From an uncultured Pelagibacteraceae bacterium (GTDB lineage: Bacteria > Pseudomonadota > Alphaproteobacteria > Pelagibacterales > Pelagibacteraceae): a stretch of 64,000 nucleotides of DNA. Below are positions 1 through 8,811 of this stretch, piece after piece (positions within the stretch are counted from its first letter, which is position 1; each line of letters begins with the position of its first letter). Both the position numbers and the translations under genes were made by a program. The notes under the pieces are model-generated. The model was not told where the DNA came from, searched no databases, and saw only the letters and a program-made list of their open reading frames with translations. Location: contig CACIWQ010000003.1 in NCBI GenBank assembly GCA_902590395.1, positions 21,173-85,172 on the forward strand, given 5' to 3'.

Positions 1-844
1 TTTTTTCTATTTCATTTTTTGAACTTCTAATTCCTGCTGTATCAGAAATTATTACCGGATAACCATCAAGATTGAGATGAGTTTCAATTACATCTCTAGT
101 TGTTCCTGCTACTTCTGAAACAATTGCTACATCTCTTTTAGAAAGATAATTTAATAAACTAGATTTTCCTGAATTTGGTGGTCCTATAATGGCAATTTTA
201 AAACCTTCTCTAATTCTTTCACCTACTTTTTGATCATTTAGTGTTTTTTTAATTTCTTTTAATATGATGGATGATGTTTTTTGTATTTCATTAATAATAT
301 TATTTGGCAAATCTTCGTCAGGAAAATCTATTTTTGCTTCAACATGAGATAAAATTTTCAAAAGTTTTTCTCGCCATTCATTAAATTTATCTGATGATTG
401 GCCTTGCATAACTTTTAAGGCTTGTTTTCTCTGAATTTCTGTTTCAGATGAAACAAGATCAGCAATACTTTCTGCTTTTAATAAATTTATTTTGCCGTTT
501 TGAAATGCGCGTTTAGTAAACTCGCCTGGCTCAGCTAAACGACAATTTTTTATTTTTGATATAGCTGAATGCATTGCTTTAATCACTGCCCTGCTGCCAT
601 GGACATGAAATTCAGCCAAATCCTCACCTGTGTAGCTGTTTGGGCCCGGAAACCATAAAATAACACCCTCATCAATCAGCTTTTTCTTCCCATTTTTATT
701 GAATTTTACGAGGGTAGCTACTCTTGGCTTAGGTAATTTGGATCCAGTTAATGATTTAATTACCTCGGCGGTATTTTTGCCTGAAACTCTTATAACTGCT
801 ATGCCTGAAATTCCTGGCCCTGATGATAAAGCATAAATAGTCAT
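1..844 (-). CDS. mnmE: tRNA modification GTPase MnmE (N-terminal part; 3' end runs off the window)
   Basis: Not in the ORF track because there is no stop in the window. My reverse-strand translation from the ATG at 844..842 reads MTIYALSSGPGISGIAVIRVSG. In frame further on: GFKIAIIGPPNSGKSSLLNYL, AGTTRDV, DTAGIR, which are the MnmE G-domain motifs. Confidence 0.9.
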   Translation of the reverse strand, partial: MTIYALSSGPGISGIAVIRVSGKNTAEVIKSLTGSKLPKPRVATLVKFNKNGKKKLIDEGVILWFPGPNSYTGEDLAEFHVHGSRAVIKAMHSAISKIKNCRLAEPGEFTKRAFQNGKINLLKAESIADLVSSETEIQRKQALKVMQGQSSDKFNEWREKLLKILSHVEAKIDFPDEDLPNNIINEIQKTSSIILKEIKKTLNDQKVGERIREGFKIAIIGPPNSGKSSLLNYLSKRDVAIVSEVAGTTRDVIETHLNLDGYPVIISDTAGIRSSKNEIEK

Positions 845-847
845 TTA

Positions 848-2518
848 TTAATTAAACCACGAATATTTTTTTCCATATTTCTGTAAAAATTGTTTATATG
901 GTAAATATTTTTTAACAGAGTCGGTATATACAGCATTTCTAATTTGGACATTACTAGCCGTTTTAGAAATTATATCTTTTCTTTTATAAAATTCTAAGCA
1001 TTTTTTATCCCATTTTAAATTGCAGAAGCTGGCTAATTTTTTTGATTCAGATTCGGGGTTATTTACAAATTTTTCATATTGTAGTTCATATATAAAATTT
1101 GGGTAGATCTTAGTAAATTTCTCAACCATTTTGTAGTAGATATCAAAAAATTCAAATATGTGTTTCAAATTATGCGCCCATGTTACATCTCTTAAATTAG
1201 TTTTAAGCAGGGACATAATGGATGAAATAGGATTTCTTTTACAATGTATTATTTTTGCATCTGGAAAAGTTTCTTTAATAATGCCTACATAAAAAAAATT
1301 GTCTAATGATTTATCAGTAAAAGTGAAATTGCTTTTTTCATCAATTAATCCTTTTTGTTTATATTCTTCTAATACATTTAATAGAGAATTTTCTACGTCT
1401 GAGTTTAATGGTAAACCTTTAAATATTTTTTTACCTACAAAGGTAGTCAAAACATTAGTTTCCTCTCCAATTTGGATATTTTCATCACACGATGCAATGA
1501 TTTTTTCAATTAATGTAGATCCGCACCGTGGAAATCCAATTATGAAGATGGGTTTTACTTTGTGATCTAATTTTTTAATTTTTTTGTTACTTCCGTTATA
1601 ATTCAATAATTCTTTTTTTTTTGGTAACTCTTCTAACCAATATTTAATTCCTCTATTAAATTTATTAATTTCATATTGAAAATAATGTTTATGTCCTTTT
1701 ACTAAATAATTAAATTCTTCCCTATAATTTTTATTTTTTAATTCATATTTTGCCAGTAAAAAATTACCATATGCTCGATTTTCCTCATTACATTTTTTGT
1801 TTTCAATAATTTTATTTATTTTATTTTTTAAATTTTTGTCCAATATTTCTTCTTTTAAACTGCTTAGTTCGTGAAGCGCAACCAGGTTTTCCGGTTCATA
1901 TTTTAATGTATCTTGGTATGAGCTTATTGTGTTTTTAAAATCTCCTAAAACTTTATAAAGTAATGCAAGATTGTAATGTGCTCTTGGATGTTCAGGCTGA
2001 ATTTGGATAACTTTTTCATAACTTTTTTTAGCTTCTGTAAATTCTCCCAATTCCTTTAAAATGTTTCCAAGGTTATTATGTGCTTTTAAAGATTGTGGTT
2101 GTAGTTGAATTGCTTTTTGATAACTTTTTTTAGCTTTTTTAAATTCTCTGTGTTCTTTAAAAATATTTCCTAAATTGTTATAAGCTTCTACATGGTTAGG
2201 TTGGATTTCGACTGCTTTTTGACAATAAGGAAGAGCTTTTTTAAAATCTTGTAATTCAGTATAAACTAAACTTAAATTATAATTTGCATTTGCGTTGTTA
2301 GGTTGAATATGAACTGCTTTGCTAAGTAATTTAATAGCCATTTTATAATTTCTAGTTTGTATTGATAAAGATCCCAAAAGAAGAATTGTATCAAAGTTAT
2401 TAGCATCAGCTTTCAGTATTTTCTTATAAAGATCCTCCGCAACTTTAAGGTTATTATTTTTGTGATTTTTGAAAGCTTCAATAAGTATTTTTTCAATTTT
2501 CAAATTTTTTTTATCCAT
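848..2518 (-). CDS. TPR-repeat protein fused to a PAPS-type sulfotransferase domain
   Basis: The N-terminal ~230 aa are repeated 34-aa TPR units (AxxxYxKAIxIQPNxxxAxxNLG pattern, at least 5 copies). The C-terminal half has a 5'-phosphosulfate-binding loop (IIGFPRCGSTLIEKII) and a 3'-phosphate motif (HCKRNPISSIMS). The stop is 3 nt before the mnmE start. Confidence 0.8.
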   Translation of the reverse strand: MDKKNLKIEKILIEAFKNHKNNNLKVAEDLYKKILKADANNFDTILLLGSLSIQTRNYKMAIKLLSKAVHIQPNNANANYNLSLVYTELQDFKKALPYCQKAVEIQPNHVEAYNNLGNIFKEHREFKKAKKSYQKAIQLQPQSLKAHNNLGNILKELGEFTEAKKSYEKVIQIQPEHPRAHYNLALLYKVLGDFKNTISSYQDTLKYEPENLVALHELSSLKEEILDKNLKNKINKIIENKKCNEENRAYGNFLLAKYELKNKNYREEFNYLVKGHKHYFQYEINKFNRGIKYWLEELPKKKELLNYNGSNKKIKKLDHKVKPIFIIGFPRCGSTLIEKIIASCDENIQIGEETNVLTTFVGKKIFKGLPLNSDVENSLLNVLEEYKQKGLIDEKSNFTFTDKSLDNFFYVGIIKETFPDAKIIHCKRNPISSIMSLLKTNLRDVTWAHNLKHIFEFFDIYYKMVEKFTKIYPNFIYELQYEKFVNNPESESKKLASFCNLKWDKKCLEFYKRKDIISKTASNVQIRNAVYTDSVKKYLPYKQFLQKYGKKYSWFN

Positions 2519-2555
2519 TATCTAAATAATATATTTAATTTTAATCTTTTTTGAT

Positions 2556-3023
2556 ATGATTAAATATATAATGGTAAAAAAAATATCTATTAAGACAAAG
2601 TTAGGTTGGATTTCTGCTTTTGAAAAAGAAGGTAAAATATTTAGAATAAAATTTGGAAAGACTGGCAAACAAACTAAAAGCAAAACTTTAATAAAATTCA
2701 AAAACAATCTATTAAATTTTTTAGGAAAGAAGTCTAAAAATATTACTGCTCCATACAAAATGGAAGGTAGCAATATCCAAAAAAAAATATGGGGAGAATT
2801 AAAAAAAATTAAAATAGGTAAAACAAAAAGTTACGGTGAAATCGCTAAAAAAAATAAACTTTCACCAAGACACGTCGGAAAAATATGTAGTCAAAATCAA
2901 CTTTTGTTAGCAATACCCTGTCATAGAGTTATAAAGTCCAATGGAGATTTAGGAGGATTTACTTCTGAAGGTGGGATAAAATTAAAGAAAAAATTATTAA
3001 ATTTTGAAAAAACGTGGATATAA
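2556..3023 (+). CDS. ogt: methylated-DNA--protein-cysteine methyltransferase
   Basis: Active-site PCHRV motif (LLLAIPCHRVIKSNGDLGGF) and SYGEIAKK helix-turn-helix region. The start could be the internal ATG 15 nt downstream. Confidence 0.85.
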   Translation: MIKYIMVKKISIKTKLGWISAFEKEGKIFRIKFGKTGKQTKSKTLIKFKNNLLNFLGKKSKNITAPYKMEGSNIQKKIWGELKKIKIGKTKSYGEIAKKNKLSPRHVGKICSQNQLLLAIPCHRVIKSNGDLGGFTSEGGIKLKKKLLNFEKTWI

Positions 3024-3742
3024 TTGTTTTACAGCATATCAAAGTTGAAGACCCTGGATATATCAAAGACTTAATGCTCTCTGATGGTTTTAATTTAACT
3101 ACCATTGAACTTGACCAGGGAGAAAAAATTCCTAAAAACTTACGTAAATTTGATGGAATGTTCTGCATGGGGGGTCCTATGGATACCTGGATGACAAAAA
3201 AATACCCCTGGTTAGTTGAAGAGAAAAAAAAAATTAAAGAATTTGTTGTAGATTTAAAAAAACCTTTTTTAGGTTTTTGTTTAGGATGTCAATTATTGGG
3301 CGAGGTAGTAGGTGGTAAAGTGAAAAAATCTAATCCTGCTGAAATAGGTATTATGGATATAAATTTTCTAAAAAATAAAAAAAACGATACTCTTTTTTCA
3401 ACATTTCCTGAAAACATCAAGGCTCTTCAATGGCATTCATATGAAGTTGAGGGATTAGAAAATAATAAAGATGTTACCCTATTAGCTTCTTCATCAACTA
3501 CTAAATATCAAATTTTTAAATACCAAAATCATGCTTATGGAATTCAATTTCATATTGAAATTAAAAATACTACAGTAAATGATTGGGGTTGTGTTCCTGA
3601 ATATAAATCTGCTTTAGAAAAACAATTTGGTAAAGGAGCTTTAAAAAAATTTGATGACGCCGCTAAGGTAAATATGCAACAAATGAATAATTTTTCTACA
3701 ATATTATATTCAAAGTTTAAAAATGAAATATTAAAAGAATAA
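3014..3742 (+). CDS. class I glutamine amidotransferase-like protein (GMP synthase-type GATase domain only)
   Basis: Nucleophile elbow FLGFCLGCQLL and GIQFHIE His/Glu motif. Overlaps the ogt stop by 10 nt. Confidence 0.75.
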   Translation: MDIIVLQHIKVEDPGYIKDLMLSDGFNLTTIELDQGEKIPKNLRKFDGMFCMGGPMDTWMTKKYPWLVEEKKKIKEFVVDLKKPFLGFCLGCQLLGEVVGGKVKKSNPAEIGIMDINFLKNKKNDTLFSTFPENIKALQWHSYEVEGLENNKDVTLLASSSTTKYQIFKYQNHAYGIQFHIEIKNTTVNDWGCVPEYKSALEKQFGKGALKKFDDAAKVNMQQMNNFSTILYSKFKNEILKE

Positions 3743-5017
3743 TTATTGTACTGGCTTATTCATTGACACGAAAAAGTCAGTATTGTTTTTAGTATTTTTT
3801 AATTTAGACAAAAGAAATTCAATCGCATCCATTGTTCCCATAGAACTTAGTATTTTTCTTAAAACATTCATTTTTTGTAAATCATCTTTTTGGAATAACA
3901 ATTCTTCTCTTCTCGTACCTGATCGAGTTATATCAATTGCAGGAAAAATTCTTTTGTCAGATATTTTTCTATCTAATATTAACTCACTGTTACCAGTCCC
4001 TTTAAATTCTTCAAATATTACTTCGTCCATCCTACTTCCGGTATCGATCAAAGCCGTAGAAATAATTGTTAGAGATCCGCCTTGTTCTATGTTTCTCGCT
4101 GCTCCAAAAAATCTTTTTGGTCGTTGTAGTGCATTTGCATCTACTCCTCCTGTTAAAACTTTTCCAGAACTAGGTACTACAGCATTGTAGGCTCGGCCAA
4201 GCCGGGTTATGGAATCTAAAAGAATTATTACATCTTTTTTGTGTTCTGTTAATCTTTTTGCTTTTTCAATAACCATTTCCGCAACAGCAACATGTCTTGA
4301 TGCAGGTTCATCAAATGTAGAACTAATTACTTCACCTTTAACTGATCTTTGCATGTCAGTTACTTCTTCTGGTCTTTCGTCTATAAGCAAAACCATCAAA
4401 TAACACTCGGGATGATTCTTGGCAATCGAATGAGCAATATTTTGTAAAATAATTGTCTTACCTGCTTTTGGTGGTGATATAATTAAAGATCTTTGTCCCT
4501 TTCCTATAGGACTAACAAGATCAATTAATCTTGCAGTTTGATCTGGTTTTTTTTCTATTTTTGTTGTCTCTATTTCCATCTTTAACTGTTTATCAGGATA
4601 AAGTGGTGTTAAATTATCAAAAGCAATTTTATTTCTTGCTTTTTCTGGATTATCAAAATTTATTTTATCGACTTTTAGTAAAGCAAAATATCTTTCGCTG
4701 TCCTTTGGTGCTCTTATCTCGCCTTCGACAGAATCTCCTGTTCTAAGTCCAAATCTTCGTATTTGGCTTGGGCTTACATATATATCGTCTGGGCCTGGCA
4801 GATAGTTTGATTCTATGGCACGTAAGAAACCAAAACCATCTTGTAAAACATCCAAAACGCCGCCACCAGTTATTTGTTCATTTTTTTGGGCAAGCTTTTT
4901 AAGAATTGCAAATAAAATTTCTTGTTTTCTAAGCGTACTTGGGTTTTCTATTTCAAGCTTTTCAGCATGCAATATAAGTTCAGCAGGTGTTTTCTTTTTA
5001 AGTTCTTGTAGGTTCAT
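3743..5017 (-). CDS. rho: transcription termination factor Rho
   Basis: N-terminal [18 protein letters not shown]-binding GFGFLR, Walker [15 protein letters not shown]; 424 aa. Confidence 0.97.
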   Translation of the reverse strand: MNLQELKKKTPAELILHAEKLEIENPSTLRKQEILFAILKKLAQKNEQITGGGVLDVLQDGFGFLRAIESNYLPGPDDIYVSPSQIRRFGLRTGDSVEGEIRAPKDSERYFALLKVDKINFDNPEKARNKIAFDNLTPLYPDKQLKMEIETTKIEKKPDQTARLIDLVSPIGKGQRSLIISPPKAGKTIILQNIAHSIAKNHPECYLMVLLIDERPEEVTDMQRSVKGEVISSTFDEPASRHVAVAEMVIEKAKRLTEHKKDVIILLDSITRLGRAYNAVVPSSGKVLTGGVDANALQRPKRFFGAARNIEQGGSLTIISTALIDTGSRMDEVIFEEFKGTGNSELILDRKISDKRIFPAIDITRSGTRREELLFQKDDLQKMNVLRKILSSMGTMDAIEFLLSKLKNTKNNTDFFVSMNKPVQ

Positions 5018-5078
5018 GATTTGATGATTAATTTCGAGGACGTTCCCTTAATATAATATCTTTTTAATATATTTCAAG

Positions 5079-5522
5079 TCATAATGGTTTAAAAACGATT
5101 ACTAATATGATGCCTATCAACAAAACAGTGGGTATTTCATTGATTATTCTGTAAAATTTAGGCGAATAAGAGTTGTTGTTTTCTGAAAATTTTCTTAAAC
5201 ATTGAAATAGAAAGAAGTGGTAGATCGTTAAAGCTACTACAAAAAGTAACTTTAATTGAACCCACAAAGAGCCAATATTATCCATTCCAACTGTATGAAT
5301 TAACAATACTCCAAAAATCCAAGATATAATCATTGCAGGGTTCATAATATAAATAAAAAGTCTTCTCTCCATGACTTTGAAAGTTGACATTAAATCTTCA
5401 GATTTATTGTCCCTTACAGCTTCGCTATGATAAACAAAAATTCTTGGTAAATATAAAAGCCCAGCCATCCAAGAAATTACAGCTATAAGATGAATTGATT
5501 TAAATAGTAAATATGTGTTCAT
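5079..5522 (-). CDS. hemJ: protoporphyrinogen IX oxidase HemJ (UPF0093/CopD-like membrane protein)
   Basis: 147 aa with 4 TM segments. N-terminus LLFKSIHLIAVISWMAGLLYLPRIFVYH is typical of HemJ. Sits in the hemE-hemH operon next to rho, as in other alphaproteobacteria. Confidence 0.8.
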   Translation of the reverse strand: MNTYLLFKSIHLIAVISWMAGLLYLPRIFVYHSEAVRDNKSEDLMSTFKVMERRLFIYIMNPAMIISWIFGVLLIHTVGMDNIGSLWVQLKLLFVVALTIYHFFLFQCLRKFSENNNSYSPKFYRIINEIPTVLLIGIILVIVFKPL

Positions 5523-5524
5523 TT

Positions 5525-6337
5525 TTATAATCCATGTTTTCTATTATACGCAGATACTCCAGGAGGATACCACCCTTTTAGATTTTCTTTGTCTGTCGAA
5601 AAAATTGTAACCTTTAATGGATAGCATTTTGCCTTATCCGAAGAATGCTCAGACCCACAATCACCCCCGGGGCAAGAGGATAAAACTCCAAGCAAATTTA
5701 TTTCCGCAAAAAATTCTAAATGATCGCCAGCTTTTGTTGGACTTGCTTTCATAAAATATTGATTAGTATCTCTAGTAAATCCAGTGCACATAAAAACATT
5801 TAAAACATCATGAATATATTTTTCCGCTTCATTTACTTTAATATTTTTTTCTCTTGTTAAAGCTCTTATTAAATTTGAATGACAACAATAATGATAATCG
5901 TTCCCTGCTAGTAATTTTGCTGTATAAGGATCGCATCTTGTTCCAATTACATCATGAACCGCACCTCCATCCTCATCAATTCCATACCAATCAAGGGTAT
6001 CCTTTGTAATGGTTGCAATAGGACGTAGATAAGGAAAACAGCTCCACATTTGATCACCAGTAGAAATATGAGTTCCGTGTAATGCTCTAGTTTTCCCAGA
6101 GTAAAATTTTTCATTTAAATTATCAGAATTAAAAAGATTTAAATCTCCTACCTGGGGTCCTTCGACATTTTCTAATCGAAAAAATTGACCAGCCTTAACT
6201 CTAAAACATTTAGCATCCCGCGGAGGAATTATAACTTCATTTACAACTTTTAATTTTTTTCTAGCTTTTTGATAAATTTTTAGATTGGAAGGTTTTAATT
6301 TTTCTTTCGGATAGCAAATTATTGGTTTAGCATTCAT
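5525..6337 (-). CDS. DUF1989 (urea carboxylase-associated / carboxyguanidine-deiminase-like) family protein
   Basis: IPPRDAKCFRVKAGQFFRLENVEGPQVGDLNLFN and GTRCDPYT are typical DUF1989 blocks. Its ATG forms an ATGA overlap with the upstream small ORF. Its stop is 2 nt before the hemJ ATG. Confidence 0.7.
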   Translation of the reverse strand: MNAKPIICYPKEKLKPSNLKIYQKARKKLKVVNEVIIPPRDAKCFRVKAGQFFRLENVEGPQVGDLNLFNSDNLNEKFYSGKTRALHGTHISTGDQMWSCFPYLRPIATITKDTLDWYGIDEDGGAVHDVIGTRCDPYTAKLLAGNDYHYCCHSNLIRALTREKNIKVNEAEKYIHDVLNVFMCTGFTRDTNQYFMKASPTKAGDHLEFFAEINLLGVLSSCPGGDCGSEHSSDKAKCYPLKVTIFSTDKENLKGWYPPGVSAYNRKHGL

Positions 6338-6519
6338 TTTTCACTTAATTTTTGTATTTTATTTCTAAATTCATCATTCACTGTAAATGAACAACCATCT
6401 TGAGTATGTATGCTAATTCCAGATTTATGATATTCATTCAAATGATCAAGAAATTCTTTTATGTTAACTTCAAGAGATTTTCCATTATCATCCTTTAAAA
6501 TAGTTTTTTTCATTGGCAT
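6334..6519 (-). CDS. small hypothetical protein (59-61 aa) coupled between hemH and the DUF1989 gene
   Basis: ORF-track ORF. The second ATG (6513) forms an ATGA overlap with the hemH stop, and the 3' end forms an ATGA overlap with the DUF1989 start. I recognise no motif. Confidence 0.55.
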   Translation of the reverse strand: MPMKKTILKDDNGKSLEVNIKEFLDHLNEYHKSGISIHTQDGCSFTVNDEFRNKIQKLSEK

Positions 6520-7520
6520 TTACACTTTATAAATTTATTTGGACACATCACAGATGAAACAAAATTATCTCTTGTTTCTTTTTGTAGTACTAGCTCTGTA
6601 AGACCCTTAATAAAACTCTCTTCTATCCCTAATGCTGGTACTCTTTTATAAAAACTGCAACCATTTTTTTCTGCTAATTTTTTATACTCAATATCTAATT
6701 CTACTAAAGTTTCTGAGTGTTCTGAAACGAAGGCTACAGGGACTATGACAATCCCCTTTTTTTCTTTGGAATATTTTATAATTATTTCATCTGTGGATGG
6801 CCCAATCCATTTAAGTGGTCCTACGCGACTTTGATAACTTATTATATGATCTAGGTTTTCGTTCTTTAATTTTGACATTATTCCTTCAACAGTTTGCTCT
6901 ACCTGCCATTGATAGGGGTCACCTTTTTTTATTTTAATTTCAGGTAAACCATGAGCGGAAAAAAGTAGTTTAAAATCTTTATTTTCTAAATTTTTTATTG
7001 TTTTTTTAATGAGACTGGCATGTGACTCCAAAAAATTATTTTCTGTTGGATAACAACAAATCGTTTTAGTTTTGATATCATAATTTTCTTTTCTACATAA
7101 ATCATTCCATTCGCTTATAGAAGAACCAGAGGTTGCTGCTGAATATTGAGGGTAAAGAGGTAAAAGGATCACCTCGGATGGATTATATTTTTTAACATTT
7201 TTAATTACATCTGCGGCTCGGGGGTGCCAACATCTCATTACAACAAAACACTTATACTCTCCTTTTCTAGATAAATTATTTTCTAAATTTTTTGCTTGGG
7301 CTTGAGTTAATTCAAGAATTGGTGACTTATTTCCAATTTCTTTATAAATATTTTTAGCAATCGGGGCTCTTCTCTTTGAGATAAGTTTCGCTAAAGGATA
7401 TCTAATAATCGAGGGAATGCTAATAATTGCGGGATCATTAAATAAATTAAAAAGGAAAGGCTCTACGCTTTCTAATTTATCAGGCCCCCCTAGATTAAAT
7501 AGAATAACTGCTTTTTTCAT
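6510..7520 (-). CDS. hemH: ferrochelatase
   Basis: KKAVILFNLGGPD, LPLYPQYS, LFSAHGLP, VSEHSETL motifs. Unusual Cys-rich C-terminus CPNKFIKCKCQ. Confidence 0.95.
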   Translation of the reverse strand: MKKAVILFNLGGPDKLESVEPFLFNLFNDPAIISIPSIIRYPLAKLISKRRAPIAKNIYKEIGNKSPILELTQAQAKNLENNLSRKGEYKCFVVMRCWHPRAADVIKNVKKYNPSEVILLPLYPQYSAATSGSSISEWNDLCRKENYDIKTKTICCYPTENNFLESHASLIKKTIKNLENKDFKLLFSAHGLPEIKIKKGDPYQWQVEQTVEGIMSKLKNENLDHIISYQSRVGPLKWIGPSTDEIIIKYSKEKKGIVIVPVAFVSEHSETLVELDIEYKKLAEKNGCSFYKRVPALGIEESFIKGLTELVLQKETRDNFVSSVMCPNKFIKCKCQ

Positions 7521-7521
7521 T

Positions 7522-8532
7522 TTAATTTTTATTTCTAACGAGTTTAATAATATATTCTATTGTTTCCGGTTTTATTTCGGGTAAAACCCCATGACCCAAG
7601 TTAAATATATATGGATAGTCTTTAAATATATTAAGATACTTATCAATATTTTTCTTAATGTTTTCTTTGTCCGTCAGTAATATTTTAGGATCTAGTCCTC
7701 CTTGAATTGGTAAACCTTTTAATTTTTCTTTTATCCATTTTGGATCTATATCGTAATCAATACTAATACAATCTGGTTTAACCGCTGAACAAAAATCAAC
7801 ATAATTTTCTCCAATTCCTTTAGGAAAACAAATCACTGGAATTTTTTTAGATTTAATATGTTCAACAATTTTTGAGATTGGAACATAACAATAATTTGTT
7901 AATTCTTTTTTGGGTAATAAACCTGCCCACGAATCAAAAATCTGTATTGTGTCTGCGCCAGCCTCGATTTGTTTATCTATATGTAAGCAAATCACCTCTT
8001 CTAGTTTTTTTAATAATTTATTAATTAAAAATTTATCTTTATTAATTTTATTAAAGTTAAAATTATTTTTGGGTGATCCTTTATTCAGCATATAAAGTAA
8101 TAAAGTCCAAGGGGCGCCAACGAAACCGATCAGATTTTTTTCTTTTAAATTTTTTTTAACTTTTTCTATTCCTTCATAAACAGGTAATAATTTTTTAATA
8201 AAATCTGTTGAATTTATATTAATTATTTTGTTTAGATCTATGTTACCTAAAATCGGTCCAATTCCTTTTTTAAATTCTACTTTTTGATTCAATCCATAAG
8301 GAATCATTAAAATATCAGAAAATATTATAGCAGCATCAAGATCAAACCTTTTTAGTGGTTGTAGTGTAATTTCATTAACCAGGTTTGGATTTAAACACAA
8401 TTTTACAAAATCTGGATTTCTTTTTCTAATTTCTCTAAATTCTGGAAGATACCTACCCGCCTGTCTCATAAACCAAATAGGTATATATGAGGTTTTTTTT
8501 TCTACAATGCATTCCTTTAATGTATGTTTCAT
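7522..8532 (-). CDS. hemE: uroporphyrinogen decarboxylase
   Basis: PIWFMRQAGRYLPEFREIR signature; 336 aa. The stop is 1 nt before the hemH ATG. Confidence 0.95.
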   Translation of the reverse strand: MKHTLKECIVEKKTSYIPIWFMRQAGRYLPEFREIRKRNPDFVKLCLNPNLVNEITLQPLKRFDLDAAIIFSDILMIPYGLNQKVEFKKGIGPILGNIDLNKIININSTDFIKKLLPVYEGIEKVKKNLKEKNLIGFVGAPWTLLLYMLNKGSPKNNFNFNKINKDKFLINKLLKKLEEVICLHIDKQIEAGADTIQIFDSWAGLLPKKELTNYCYVPISKIVEHIKSKKIPVICFPKGIGENYVDFCSAVKPDCISIDYDIDPKWIKEKLKGLPIQGGLDPKILLTDKENIKKNIDKYLNIFKDYPYIFNLGHGVLPEIKPETIEYIIKLVRNKN

Positions 8533-8811
8533 TAATATATATATATAAATAAGTTAATAGTATTATTAGTCTATGTTAATAACGGTATTAATTAGTTGTG
8601 TACAGTTTATCCATTAAGACTGTTATTAATATATAATATAAATAATTGATTTAATTGAATATGTTACATTTTGTTAATTTATATAATAATTTGTTAATAT
8701 TTTACTAACGTATATAACTTGCTTAACTTTTTGTTTATTTAATTTAATAAAGTTAATTTTTTTTTTGTAAATGATGAATATTTATTTAAATTTAAATTTA
8801 ATAACCACTTT
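8533..8811. other. candidate chromosomal replication origin (oriC) / divergent promoter region
   Basis: Largest non-coding gap in the window and the most AT-rich stretch. It lies between divergent hemE and the RP001/PDRP-like gene, the position of Cori in Caulobacter. TTATCCATT at 8607-8615 matches the DnaA box TTATCCACA at 7/9. There are five GTTAAT repeats. Confidence 0.55.

Noticed and set aside
2522-2773. 83-aa ORF antisense to the 5' end of ogt
   Set aside because: It overlaps the ogt start region and the divergent promoter. Hydrophobic low-complexity translation typical of poly-T/A-rich shadow frames.
3783-4190. 135-aa ORF antisense to rho, with neighbours at 4209-4403, 4531-4746 and 4815-5024
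   Set aside because: It lies entirely inside a well-supported rho CDS on the opposite strand. The translation is low-complexity and S/F/L/I-rich, typical of shadow frames in AT-rich genes. No start context or motif.
8533-8811. CtrA boxes (TTAA-N7-TTAA) in the putative origin
   Set aside because: I indexed all 14 TTAA occurrences. No pair has the required 11-nt start-to-start distance, although three pairs are at 12. TTAA is expected by chance at this AT content, so I make no CtrA-site claim.
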